Of a stretch of 42,030 bases of DNA, positions 25,041 to 34,300 are shown one piece after another. How positions within the stretch are numbered: position 1 is the first letter of the stretch; each line of letters starts with the position of its first letter. Made by a program: the position numbers and the translations under genes. The stretch comes from Nemertoderma westbladi (taxonomy: Eukaryota; Animalia; Xenacoelomorpha). Location: NCBI GenBank assembly GCA_032718475.1, contig JAUCBJ010002898.1, positions 1 to 42,030 of the forward strand, in the 5' to 3' direction. The notes beneath the pieces are model-generated. The model saw nothing but the letters and a program-made list of their open reading frames with translations, was not told the DNA's origin and did no database searches.

Positions 25041-26164
25041 CGGAAATAATGGCGACTGGTGGGGAAAATGTTTTTTCTAGTTTTCGTTGGTTTCATGTGA
25101 AAGAGCATGTGAAAATACCCCAGAGAACATCAAAAAAATAAATATTGGCTGAGTTGTAGTTATTTTAAAACGCAAAATTAGCAACATCAAAAAATAAGGC
25201 CGTTTCGAAAGACTGCCTTAGTGACGTCACTAATGCAGCACAAAATGTTCATTGGTTACTATACATATAAATCTCTTAGTAACTAAAAGTAAAAGTAACT
25301 GATAGTGTAGCTAATTTTTATTTGGTGTGTTATTGTGTTGTGTTAAGAATGCACTAAATAATATCCCATGGCGGCGGTTATTTCACAGATGTTAGCTATA
25401 AAAACAAAAGATAATTTGTAGCTAATGCTGCCAGGCGGTAGCAATCCAGTAGCATATGGGTATTTTATTAAGCTTTAAAAGCGCTTTAATAAAGCGAACA
25501 ATATACGCACTTTAGATTAGATTGTGGATTCGTACTTCTTTCGATCAAATATGGCTCTTATATTTTTTTTCATTTTGGCAATTTTGATATATTAAATATG
25601 TTACTTAACTCCGTTTTTCTAAACTAGATAATAATAAAATAATAGCTTCCATAAAAATAACAATTAAAATTTGGTGTAATTAATGGTTTTCACACAAATC
25701 AGTTAAAAAAATACACCAATAAAGTTTTTTATAAATAAAATGTTCTAGAAAAACAAATATTTGTTTTAGAACATAATTTTAATAATAAATAAATGTAAAT
25801 AAATACACAGTAATATGTTCTAGAACATCCTCAAAATACAAAGTAACAAAACTAGCTAGTATTAAAGGTTTGTGGGGGGTGTGATTTTACGGACATTAAT
25901 TATTTTCATATTATTATTAGATATCATTATATTTTATATTTAATAGCCAATCAACTGCGTTTGACTACTTTTGCTTTTTCAAGTGACGTCAAATGGTGAA
26001 AGTCCATGAAACGGCCTGATTTTTCGATGTTGCAAACTTTGCGTTTTAAAATCGCTATAACTCAGCAAATATTAATTTTTTGATGTAAAATTGTTCAATG
26101 CGGAATTTTTCACATGAAACCAGCGAAATTTCAAATAAATTGCCCGAGTCGCCAAATGTTACCT
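25041..26164. mobile_element. Non-autonomous DNA transposon with ~190-bp imperfect TIRs, Kolobok-like ends
   Basis: 25041-25231 is the inverse of 25982-26164 (shared blocks tggcgact, tggtttcatgtgaaa, gctgagtt, attttaaaacgcaaa, ggccgtttc, tgacgtcact). Left flank TTAA; right end ...acct with a decayed flank. The superfamily is an inference from TTAA/AGG ends. Confidence 0.7.
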
Positions 26165-26929
26165 TTGTTTTATTTATTTTCTAATTGTTTTATTATTTTT
26201 AAAAACCTTTCAAAAAGAAAACTTGCTATAACAAATTTAAACTAAACATATACGAAATAAATTTGAATTAAAACATCAAAAAGTAGGAAAGTCAAGCAGC
26301 ATATTGATGTTCACTATCACCGTATTTTTGTGTTATTAAAAAACCGTAGGTATTGTACTCTTCAACTCCTGATGCTGCCTTACTCAATATTAAATAATTT
26401 ACTGTTCTCGAATATTTATTACGTAACTAGAGAGCCGCTTAACAACTTAAACCAATATTGGATATTGAGTTCAGTTTTAGAGTTCGCCTTGCCAGACACT
26501 CAACTTGCAATAACTTTTGAGTGTGTGAATGGATTTTGCTCAAATTAAGTGCAAACCTTTTCTAGGTCGACGCTCTTTCAACCCATGTAATAATTTAATA
26601 AAATTCCACCAAAAATATTTTAATTTACTTTTTTCGCCGGGAAAAAAGTAAAATCAATGCAATGCTATGGCCCTATGGGTTACTTTTTTCTCTAGGGAAA
26701 AAAAAGTGAAACGTTTTCTCCCGATTTTGGGGTAAATTCGAGCGAAAAAGTAACAATTTAAGAATAAAAATATTTGTAAATAAGGCATCCAATGTTCTAG
26801 ATTATTTTACAGTATTAACGGGTGTAACTGATTGTAATAAGTGATCATTAGGAAAAAATGTAGAGTAGAAAATATAAAAGGAACGAAAACTGCGCGAACA
26901 TAATATCCTGTTAGCCTGAAGGTTACAGT

Positions 26930-29545
26930 ATGTCTGATTATGATAATGAGAGTGATACGTTTATGAGCCAACTAGATGGCTCTTTTCAGGACCGGCCAAT
27001 CAATTCGATCAATATCAATATACTTCCAGTAGAATGCGATACGCTATACTTTAGTAGCGACAGCAGTAAGAAGATCCATTACGTATTGACCTACGTGGTT
27101 GATTCCGCTATAAATAAGTCGCAGGAGCGGAAACAAAATACCAGGCGGGATTTCATTAATGCCCTCATTGCTGAGGGAATAGAACTGGAAGAGGACCAGA
27201 TGCGTAATGAAGGTCAGGATGTGATTGGTTGCTATAAGTTGCACACTCCTTGGGATGTTGTCTGTCGTCTTGCTGAGTTTGCCAATGTAAAGATGCCGTT
27301 AAAGGTAAAAGATATTGTTGCTCCCGAGAAATGGTATGACAGACTCCACCATCCCTTTAAGTGGGAGGAAGAAATCACCATTGAACAGCCACACAATTAC
27401 TTCATGGCAGTGTTCCATCGGGACCATATTGAGCATTTTTTGATCAAGGATAAGAATAATTTCTTCACGCAAACACAATGTAGTCGGCTATTGTGGAGGC
27501 TTCTCCTGCGGTGCAAATACGGTTCCGGCAAGATTGGATTGAACGGGCTCTTAAGTAACGGCACATTTACTGCCGCATATCCGTTACACGATGGCGACTT
27601 GTTGGTAGATGAAACCAAAAGTGAACGCAGTCTCTTGTACGAGTACTGGGCTCGGCCGAAACGGTTCTACAAATACCAGCCGCTGGATCTCATTGCAAAA
27701 TATTTTGGTGAGAAAGTTGGAATTTATTTCGCATGGTTGGGTTTTTACACTTCATTCCTCATTCCAGCTGCTATAGTTGGGATTATAGTATTCCTTTATG
27801 GTTGTTTTATGATTGCTGATAATTTGAGTAACGAAGTTTGCACAGGAGAGGTGGGAGAGCAAGTTATGTGTCCATTATGCAACAAACTCTGTCCGTATTG
27901 GCGTCTCAAGGACAGCTGCACCACAATGAGAGCCACCCATCTATTCGACAACCATGCAACCGTATTCTTCTCGATATTCATGTCGATTTGGGCCACAACT
28001 TTTCTCGAACTTTGGAAGCGACTCCAAAACAAAATCGATTACAAATGGGATTTATTTGGTTTCAAAGAGGATGAAGAACAGATTCGGCCTGAGTTCGAAG
28101 CGAAAGCAAAACAGAGTCGAGTGAATCCTATTACGCAGCTCGTTGAACCATTTATGCCACCTTGCTTGAAAATACCTCGAATTATTGTGGCTTTTACGCC
28201 AATGCTCTTTATGATAGTTATCGTTCTAGCTGCTGTATTTGGTGTCATCCTCTACCGTATCAGTATTGTCATCGTCTTAGCTTCAACGAAAGGGGGATCG
28301 TATCAGAAATACAGTAGGAACATCAGTAACGTAACCGCAGCGATCATCAATTTGGTGGCAATTCAAATTATGAATATCATCTACAGGAAACTAACAGTAA
28401 TTCTTACGAACCTTGAATGTCCACGAACAAACACGGATTATGAGGATAGCTTCACATTCAAAATGTTCATATTTCAATTCATTAACTACTATTCTTCAAT
28501 ATTCTATATTGCCTTTTTCAAGGGCAAATTATATGATTTACCTAATGAGACGATTACAATTGGAAGCATGAAAATCCGCCCGGAGGAGTGTGCTCAAGGT
28601 GGATGTATTAGCGAGCTTACTATTCAACTTATTATCATTATGATTGGTAAGCAGATCATGAACAACTTTATTGAATTTCTTATGCCGAGGATTTATAATT
28701 TTTTCTGTGTCAAAAAGAAGCAGTGGTCCAGTGATGATAAAGGTAAGCAGTGCGCACAATGGGAGAAGGATTATCATCTGACTGAATTGGGTTCATTGGG
28801 ACTGTTTGAAGAATATTTGGAGATGGTTATTCAATTCGGTTTTATTACCATTTTCGTTGCTTCATTCCCGTTAGCTCCATTGTTTGCGCTGCTAAATAAC
28901 GTTGTTGAGATCCGACTGGATGCCTATAAGTTCACCACGAGGTTGAGACGTCCCATACCGGCGCGGGCCCAGGATATCGGTGCTTGGTACTCGATACTTA
29001 ATGGAATGGCAATGATTAGTGTAATTACTAGCGCATTTATTGTCGCATTTACGTCTGAGTTTATTCCGCGACAAGTTTATAAATGGGAAGTGAGCAAGAA
29101 TGGTTTGCTGACTGGGTATACCAACTTCTCCCTCTCTGTATTTTATGTGGCTGACTTCTTACCTGACCAGTTATCGGCAATAGAAAGTCCGGGAATAGTG
29201 GATCCAATATCGTGTCGATTCCAAGGACATTTTATGCACGAAGGCATTCCTGGCGATGATAACGAAGGGCCGGACAAATCTGTGTATGTCAGAACGCTGT
29301 TTTACTGGCACATAGTAGCTGCCGCTATAGCATTTGTGATTGTGTTTGAGCATTTGGTATTTTTCATTAAATTTTTTGTCGCATATGCCATCCCAGATAT
29401 GCCGAAAGAGGTGCGAAACAAGATTCGCCGTGAACATCATGTTCAACAAGAGGCAATGTATTCCGCTGAGCTACGTGGGTTTCGTTCCAGGGCGAACCCT
29501 TCTGTTCGACATATGTCGCAGTTATTTAGTTCTCCAAGCAAGTAG
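26930..29545 (+). CDS. ANO: Anoctamin/TMEM16 family Ca2+-activated chloride channel or scramblase, 871 aa, single coding exon
   Basis: Hallmark motifs AAYPLHDG, YFGEKVGIYFAWLGFYT, MCPLC, LFDN, FLELWKR, RPEF, FQFINYYSSIFYIAFFKG, KQIMNNFIE, QWEKDY, EYLEMVIQFGF, FPLAPLFALLNNVVEIRLDAYK, FTSEFIPR, FEH, IPD; uninterrupted ORF. Resembles the ANO1-7 type more than ANO8/10; orthology not assignable by eye. Confidence 0.97.
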   Translation: MSDYDNESDTFMSQLDGSFQDRPINSININILPVECDTLYFSSDSSKKIHYVLTYVVDSAINKSQERKQNTRRDFINALIAEGIELEEDQMRNEGQDVIGCYKLHTPWDVVCRLAEFANVKMPLKVKDIVAPEKWYDRLHHPFKWEEEITIEQPHNYFMAVFHRDHIEHFLIKDKNNFFTQTQCSRLLWRLLLRCKYGSGKIGLNGLLSNGTFTAAYPLHDGDLLVDETKSERSLLYEYWARPKRFYKYQPLDLIAKYFGEKVGIYFAWLGFYTSFLIPAAIVGIIVFLYGCFMIADNLSNEVCTGEVGEQVMCPLCNKLCPYWRLKDSCTTMRATHLFDNHATVFFSIFMSIWATTFLELWKRLQNKIDYKWDLFGFKEDEEQIRPEFEAKAKQSRVNPITQLVEPFMPPCLKIPRIIVAFTPMLFMIVIVLAAVFGVILYRISIVIVLASTKGGSYQKYSRNISNVTAAIINLVAIQIMNIIYRKLTVILTNLECPRTNTDYEDSFTFKMFIFQFINYYSSIFYIAFFKGKLYDLPNETITIGSMKIRPEECAQGGCISELTIQLIIIMIGKQIMNNFIEFLMPRIYNFFCVKKKQWSSDDKGKQCAQWEKDYHLTELGSLGLFEEYLEMVIQFGFITIFVASFPLAPLFALLNNVVEIRLDAYKFTTRLRRPIPARAQDIGAWYSILNGMAMISVITSAFIVAFTSEFIPRQVYKWEVSKNGLLTGYTNFSLSVFYVADFLPDQLSAIESPGIVDPISCRFQGHFMHEGIPGDDNEGPDKSVYVRTLFYWHIVAAAIAFVIVFEHLVFFIKFFVAYAIPDMPKEVRNKIRREHHVQQEAMYSAELRGFRSRANPSVRHMSQLFSSPSK

Positions 29546-29597
29546 ATACCTTCCAATGATCCAGTTAGTTCTCAGATGACTGTATGCTGTGAACTGT

Positions 29598-29603
29598 AAT
29601 AAA
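29598..29603 (+). terminator. Candidate poly(A) signal AATAAA for anoctamin
   Basis: First AATAAA, ~50 nt after the stop codon. Confidence 0.45.
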
Positions 29604-29888
29604 AGAATTGGTGAAAATGAAAAATTTATTACAGTAGGAGTCATTTAAATGAAACTAGTTTAACTTAACATAAATAAGAAGTAACCATACAATTATAAAA
29701 GTAAATTTTTCTTCTGTCGTTAGGCCAGCAATTATGCAAAAAGTATTATTAATTATTTCCAGTGTGATCCCACAGAACTATACTCCCCAGGAAACTCCAG
29801 TACTCATTTAGCTACCATTTAGGATGCAAGGCAAAGATTCGCCATTGATAGTTCCTTTAAAGCATTCGTGCCGATACAAAATGTGCCC

Positions 29889-29955
29889 TGGCTCCCATGC
29901 AGGGCTCGAACCCTCGACCTCCGGGGGATGTGAATTCATGTCAAAGGATTAACCA
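29889..29955 (-). other. tRNA-derived (SINE-head or pseudo-tRNA) fragment
   Basis: Minus strand reads ...gaggtcgagGGTTCGAGCCCtgcatgggagcca: variable-loop GAGGTC plus B-box/T-arm; the 5' half is degenerate. Confidence 0.45.
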
Positions 29956-30310
29956 CCACAAAACGGTTGGACTTGTTTTGCAATTTATAAATATTTACAT
30001 TATTATATTATTTTATTATAATCGAGTGTCTGTTGATCTTGATAGTGATCCCACCCATAACTATTTGCAATTGTAGTTTCGATATTCAGCCAAGGAAAAA
30101 TCGGCCAACTTGATGACATTCGCTAAATCTGTCGGTATTTTTACCACCTGGAAACAACTTAGAGAAATTTCACCGGTTGAAAAATACAGCTGTTTGACTC
30201 CTTTTTGCATTCCGACAACAAAATCACACATTCTTTAAACACCATCAAGCAGGAGTTCTGTTAAAATTCATTGCGCTCATTCGTAAAAGTACAAGCTGCA
30301 CCTAAATGGA

Positions 30311-30459
30311 TAATCCTGCTACTACAATGATAGAGCTACTAATCCCTGCTACTACAATGATAGAGCTACTAATCCCAGCTACTACAATGATAGAGCTACT
30401 AATCCCAGCTACTACAATGATAGAGCTACTAATCCCTGCTACTACAATAATAGAGCTAC
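30311..30459. repeat. 30-bp minisatellite (gctactacaatgatagagctactaatccct), 5 copies
   Basis: Direct tandem units. Confidence 0.93.
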
Positions 30460-30600
30460 CGCTATAACATCGTACTATTTGATATGCCTTTAATGAATGG
30501 GAGAATCTTTTAGGCTCGTTAGGCCAGCAAATGCCTGTTTACTACCATTGATAGTAACAATGTGTTGGCAAGCTGTATTTTTCGAGGTGTTTGTTATGAT

Positions 30601-30894
30601 ACATTTATTATAGGAAGGGATCTAGGGGCCTTAAGGGGTCGAGGTCCTAGGTTCGAATCCGACACCACGCTGATGAGACCCAGTAAGGTCGAAACGCGTA
30701 CGTGGTTTGGAGAGATATGAGATATTAATTTCAAGAAAAATTACGCGGTTCCTAAATTTGTACACTACCCGGTTAAAAAGTACGCATGTGATGGGATTAG
30801 TCCCACAATTGCGCCAAAAAAGATAAGTTATTTTCGGTAAAATAAACTTATCATTCGAGGTTAAGACCCCTAGATCCCTTCCTATAATAAATGT
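30601..30894. mobile_element. 294-bp element with 34-bp terminal inverted repeats carrying a hammerhead ribozyme
   Basis: 30601-30634 acatttattataggaagggatctaggggccttaa vs 30861-30894 ttaagacccctagatcccttcctataataaatgt (33/34 inverted match). Confidence 0.8.
30658..30711 (+). ncRNA. Minimal type I hammerhead ribozyme (palindromic helix III)
   Basis: Stem I accacg(30664-69)/cgtggt(30701-06), extendable by tccga/ttgga; core CTGATGA 30670-76; stem II gacc/ggtc with loop cagtaa; GAAA 30691-94; helix III region ACGCGT; GUA triplet, predicted cleavage after 30700. Confidence 0.88.
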
Positions 30895-31221
30895 TTACTA
30901 CCATGACTGATCTTTCGAAGTAAACCCGTCCACTCTACATAATGCCTTTAATATTTAGTGATAATTTAACGGTAATATTTAATACCTTTAATATACATTT
31001 TGGTGTCTGACTTCAGGTCAACAACTATAGCACAACTACCTCTAACATTAACTCAATACCCTAATTCTATTATTCTATAGTAATGTTTCGATGATGAAAG
31101 ACTAATCTAAGTGTATGCCGATAAGGAACCCACAACCTATATTGTAACATAATCAAGCATTTCTGCCATATAAACTTCTAACTCTCATTTCCATCGATAA
31201 TATAGATTCTTTCTCTCTTAC

Positions 31222-31329
31222 CTGGTGTTCGACATCCGCAACCCGATCGAGCTCACTAGCCGATCTCTCGTCCTCAATTTGAAGTGCCTCGATGTTTGTT
31301 TGTCTTTCCTGAACCGTCTTGGAGTAATC
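31222..31329 (-). CDS. Internal exon (108 bp, phase 0-0) of unknown minus-strand gene
   Basis: Acceptor tttttattttatccttag|GAT, donor CAG|gtaaga; open frame DYSKTVQERQTNIEALQIEDERSASELDRVADVEHQ (charged, helix-like). Confidence 0.75.
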
Positions 31330-31357
31330 CTAAGGATAAAATAAAAACGTGAAATTG

Positions 31358-34300
31358 GAGTACCATTGGTGCTCTTCACTCTTACATGGGTGTGCCCCTG
31401 GTACTCTTACATTGATGTGCCCCTGGCACTCTTACATGGGTGTGCCCCTGGTACTCTTACATTGGTGTGCCCCTGGTACTCTTACATTGGTGTGCCCCTG
31501 GCACTCTTACATGGGTGTGCCCCTGGTACTCTTACATTGGTGTGCCCCTGGCACTCTTACATGGGTGTGCCCCTGGTACTCTTACATTGGTGTGCCCCTG
31601 GTACTCTTACATTGGTGTGCCCCTGCCACTCTCCCATTGGTGTGCCCCAGGTACTCTTACATTGGTGTGCCACTGCCACTCTTACATTGGTGTGCCCCCT
31701 GGCACTCTTACATTGGTGTGCCCCTGGCACAGTTACATTGGTGATCCCCATTGGTGAGCCCCTGGTACAGTTACATTGGTGTGCCCCTGGTACAGTTACA
31801 TTGGTGTGTCCCTGGTACAGTTACATTGGTGTGCCCCTGGTACTCTTACATTGGTGTGCTCCCTGGCACTCTTACATTGGTGTGCCCCTGGCAGAGTTAC
31901 ATTGGTGATCCCCACTCTTCCATTGGTGTGCCCCTGCCACTCTTACATTGGTGTGCCCCTGGCACAGTTACATTGGTGATCCCCACTCTTCCATTGGTGT
32001 GCCCCTGGTACTCTTACATTGGTGTGCCCCTGGCACTCTTACATGGGTGTGCCCCTGGTACTCTTACATTGGTGTGCCCCTGGCACTCTTACATGGGTGT
32101 GCCCCTGGTACTCTTACATTGGTGTGCCCCTGGTACTCTTACATTGGTGTGCCCCTGCCACTCTCCCATTGGTGTGCCCCAGGTACTCTTACATTGGTGT
32201 GCCACTGCCACTCTTACATTGGTGTGCCCCCTGGCACTCTTACATTGGTGTGCCCCTGGCACAGTTACATTGGTGATCCCCATTGGTGAGCCCCTGGTAC
32301 AGTTACATTGGTGTGCCCCTGGTACAGTTACATTGGTGTGTCCCTGGTACAGTTACATTGGTGTGCCCCTGGTACTCTTACATTGGTGTGCTCCCTGGCA
32401 CTCTTACATTGGTGTGCCCCTGGCAGAGTTACATTGGTGATCCCCACTCTTCCATTGGTGTGCCCCTGCCACTCTTACATTGGTGTGCCCCTGGCACAGT
32501 TACATTGGTGATCCCCACTCTTCCATTGGTGTGCCCCTGGTACTCTTACATTGGTGTGCCCCTGGCACTCTTACATTGGTGTGCCCCTGGCACAGTTACA
32601 TTGGTGATCCACACTCTTCCATTGGTGTGCCCCTAGCACTCCCCATTGGTGTGCCCCTGGTACTCTTACATTGGTGTGCCCCTGCCACTCTTACATTGGT
32701 GTGCCCCTGGCACTCTTACATTGGTGTGCCCCTGGTACAGTTACATTGGTGTGCCCCTGGTACAGTTACATTGGTGTGCCCCTGGTACTCTTACATTGGT
32801 GTGCCCCTGCCACTCTTACATTGGTGTGCTCCCTGGCACTCTTACATTGGTGTGCCCCTGGTACAGTTACATTGGTGATCCCCACTCTTCCATTGGTGTG
32901 CCCCTGCCACTCTTACATTGGTGTGCCTCTGGCACAGTTACATTGGTGATCCCCACTCTTCCATTGGTGTGCCCCTGGTACTCTTACATTGGTGTGCCCC
33001 TGGCACTCTTACATTGGTGTGCCCCTGGCACAGTTACATTGGTGATCCACACTCTTCCATTGGTGTGCCCCTAGCACTCTCCCATTGGTGTGCCCCTGGC
33101 ACTCTTACATTGGTGTGCCCCTGGTACTCTTACATTGGTGTGCTCCCTGGCACTCTTACATTGGTGTGCCCATGGCACAGTTACATTGGTGATCCCAACT
33201 CTTCCATTGGTGTGCCCCTGCCACTCTTACATTGGTGTGCCCCTGGCACAGTTACATTGGTGATCCCCACTCTTCCATTGGTGTGCCCCTGGTACTCTTA
33301 CATTGGTGTGCCCCTGGCACTCTTACATTGGTGTGCCCCTGGCACAGTTACATTGGTGATCCCCACTCTTCCATTTGTGTGCCCCTGGTACTCTTACATT
33401 GGTGTGCCCCTGTTACTCTTACATTGGTGTGCCCCTGCCACTCTTCCATTGGTGTGCCCCTGGTACTCTCCCATTGGTGTTCCCCTGGCACAGTTACATT
33501 GGTGATTCACACTCTCCCATTGGTGTGCCCCTGGTACTCTTACATTGGTGTGCTCCCTGGCACTCTTACATTGGTGTGCCCCTGGTACAGTTACATTGGT
33601 GATCCCCACTCTTCCATTGGTGTGCCCCTGCCACTCTTACATTGGTGTGCCCCTGGAACTCTTACATTGGTGTGCCCCTGGCACAGTTACATTGGTGATC
33701 CCCACTCTTCCATTGGTGTGCCCCTGGTACTCTTACATTGGTGTGCCCCTGTTACTCTTACATTGGTGTGCCCCTGCCACTCTTCCATTGGTGTGCCCCT
33801 GGTACTCTCCCATTGGTGTGCCCCTGGTACTCTTACATTGGTGTGCCCCTGGCACTCTTACATTGGTGTGCCCCTGGTACAGTTACATTGGTGTGCCCCT
33901 GGTACTCTTACATTGGTGTGCCCCTGTTACCCTAACATTGGTGTGCCCCTGTTACTCTTACATTGGTGTGCCCCTGCCACTCTTCCATTGGTGTGCCCCT
34001 GGTACTCTCCCATTGGTGTGCCCCTGGTACTCTTACATTGGTGTGCCCCTGGCACTCTTACATTGGTGTGCCCCTGGTACAGTTACATTGGTGTGCCCCT
34101 GGTACTCTTACATTGGTGTGCCCCTGTTACCCTTACATTGGTGTGCCCCTGTTACTCTTACATTGGTGTGCCCCTGCCACTCTTACATTGGTGTGCCCCT
34201 GGCATAGTTACATTGGTGATCCCCACTCTTCCATTGGTGTGCCCCTGCCACTCTTACATTGGTGTGCCCCTGGCACTCTTACATTGGTGTGCCCCTGGCA

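Noticed and set aside
1531-29545. Functional PKG-anoctamin gene cluster
   Set aside because: Adjacency 19 kb apart in a eukaryote is not evidence of co-function without conserved synteny.
27044-29579. Short antisense and alternate-frame ORFs over anoctamin (and likewise over PKG exons)
   Set aside because: Shadow ORFs of real coding sequence with no recognisable motifs.
29889-29955. Functional tRNA gene
   Set aside because: Only the T-arm side is tRNA-like; acceptor, D and anticodon stems do not pair, so it is kept only as a SINE-like fragment.
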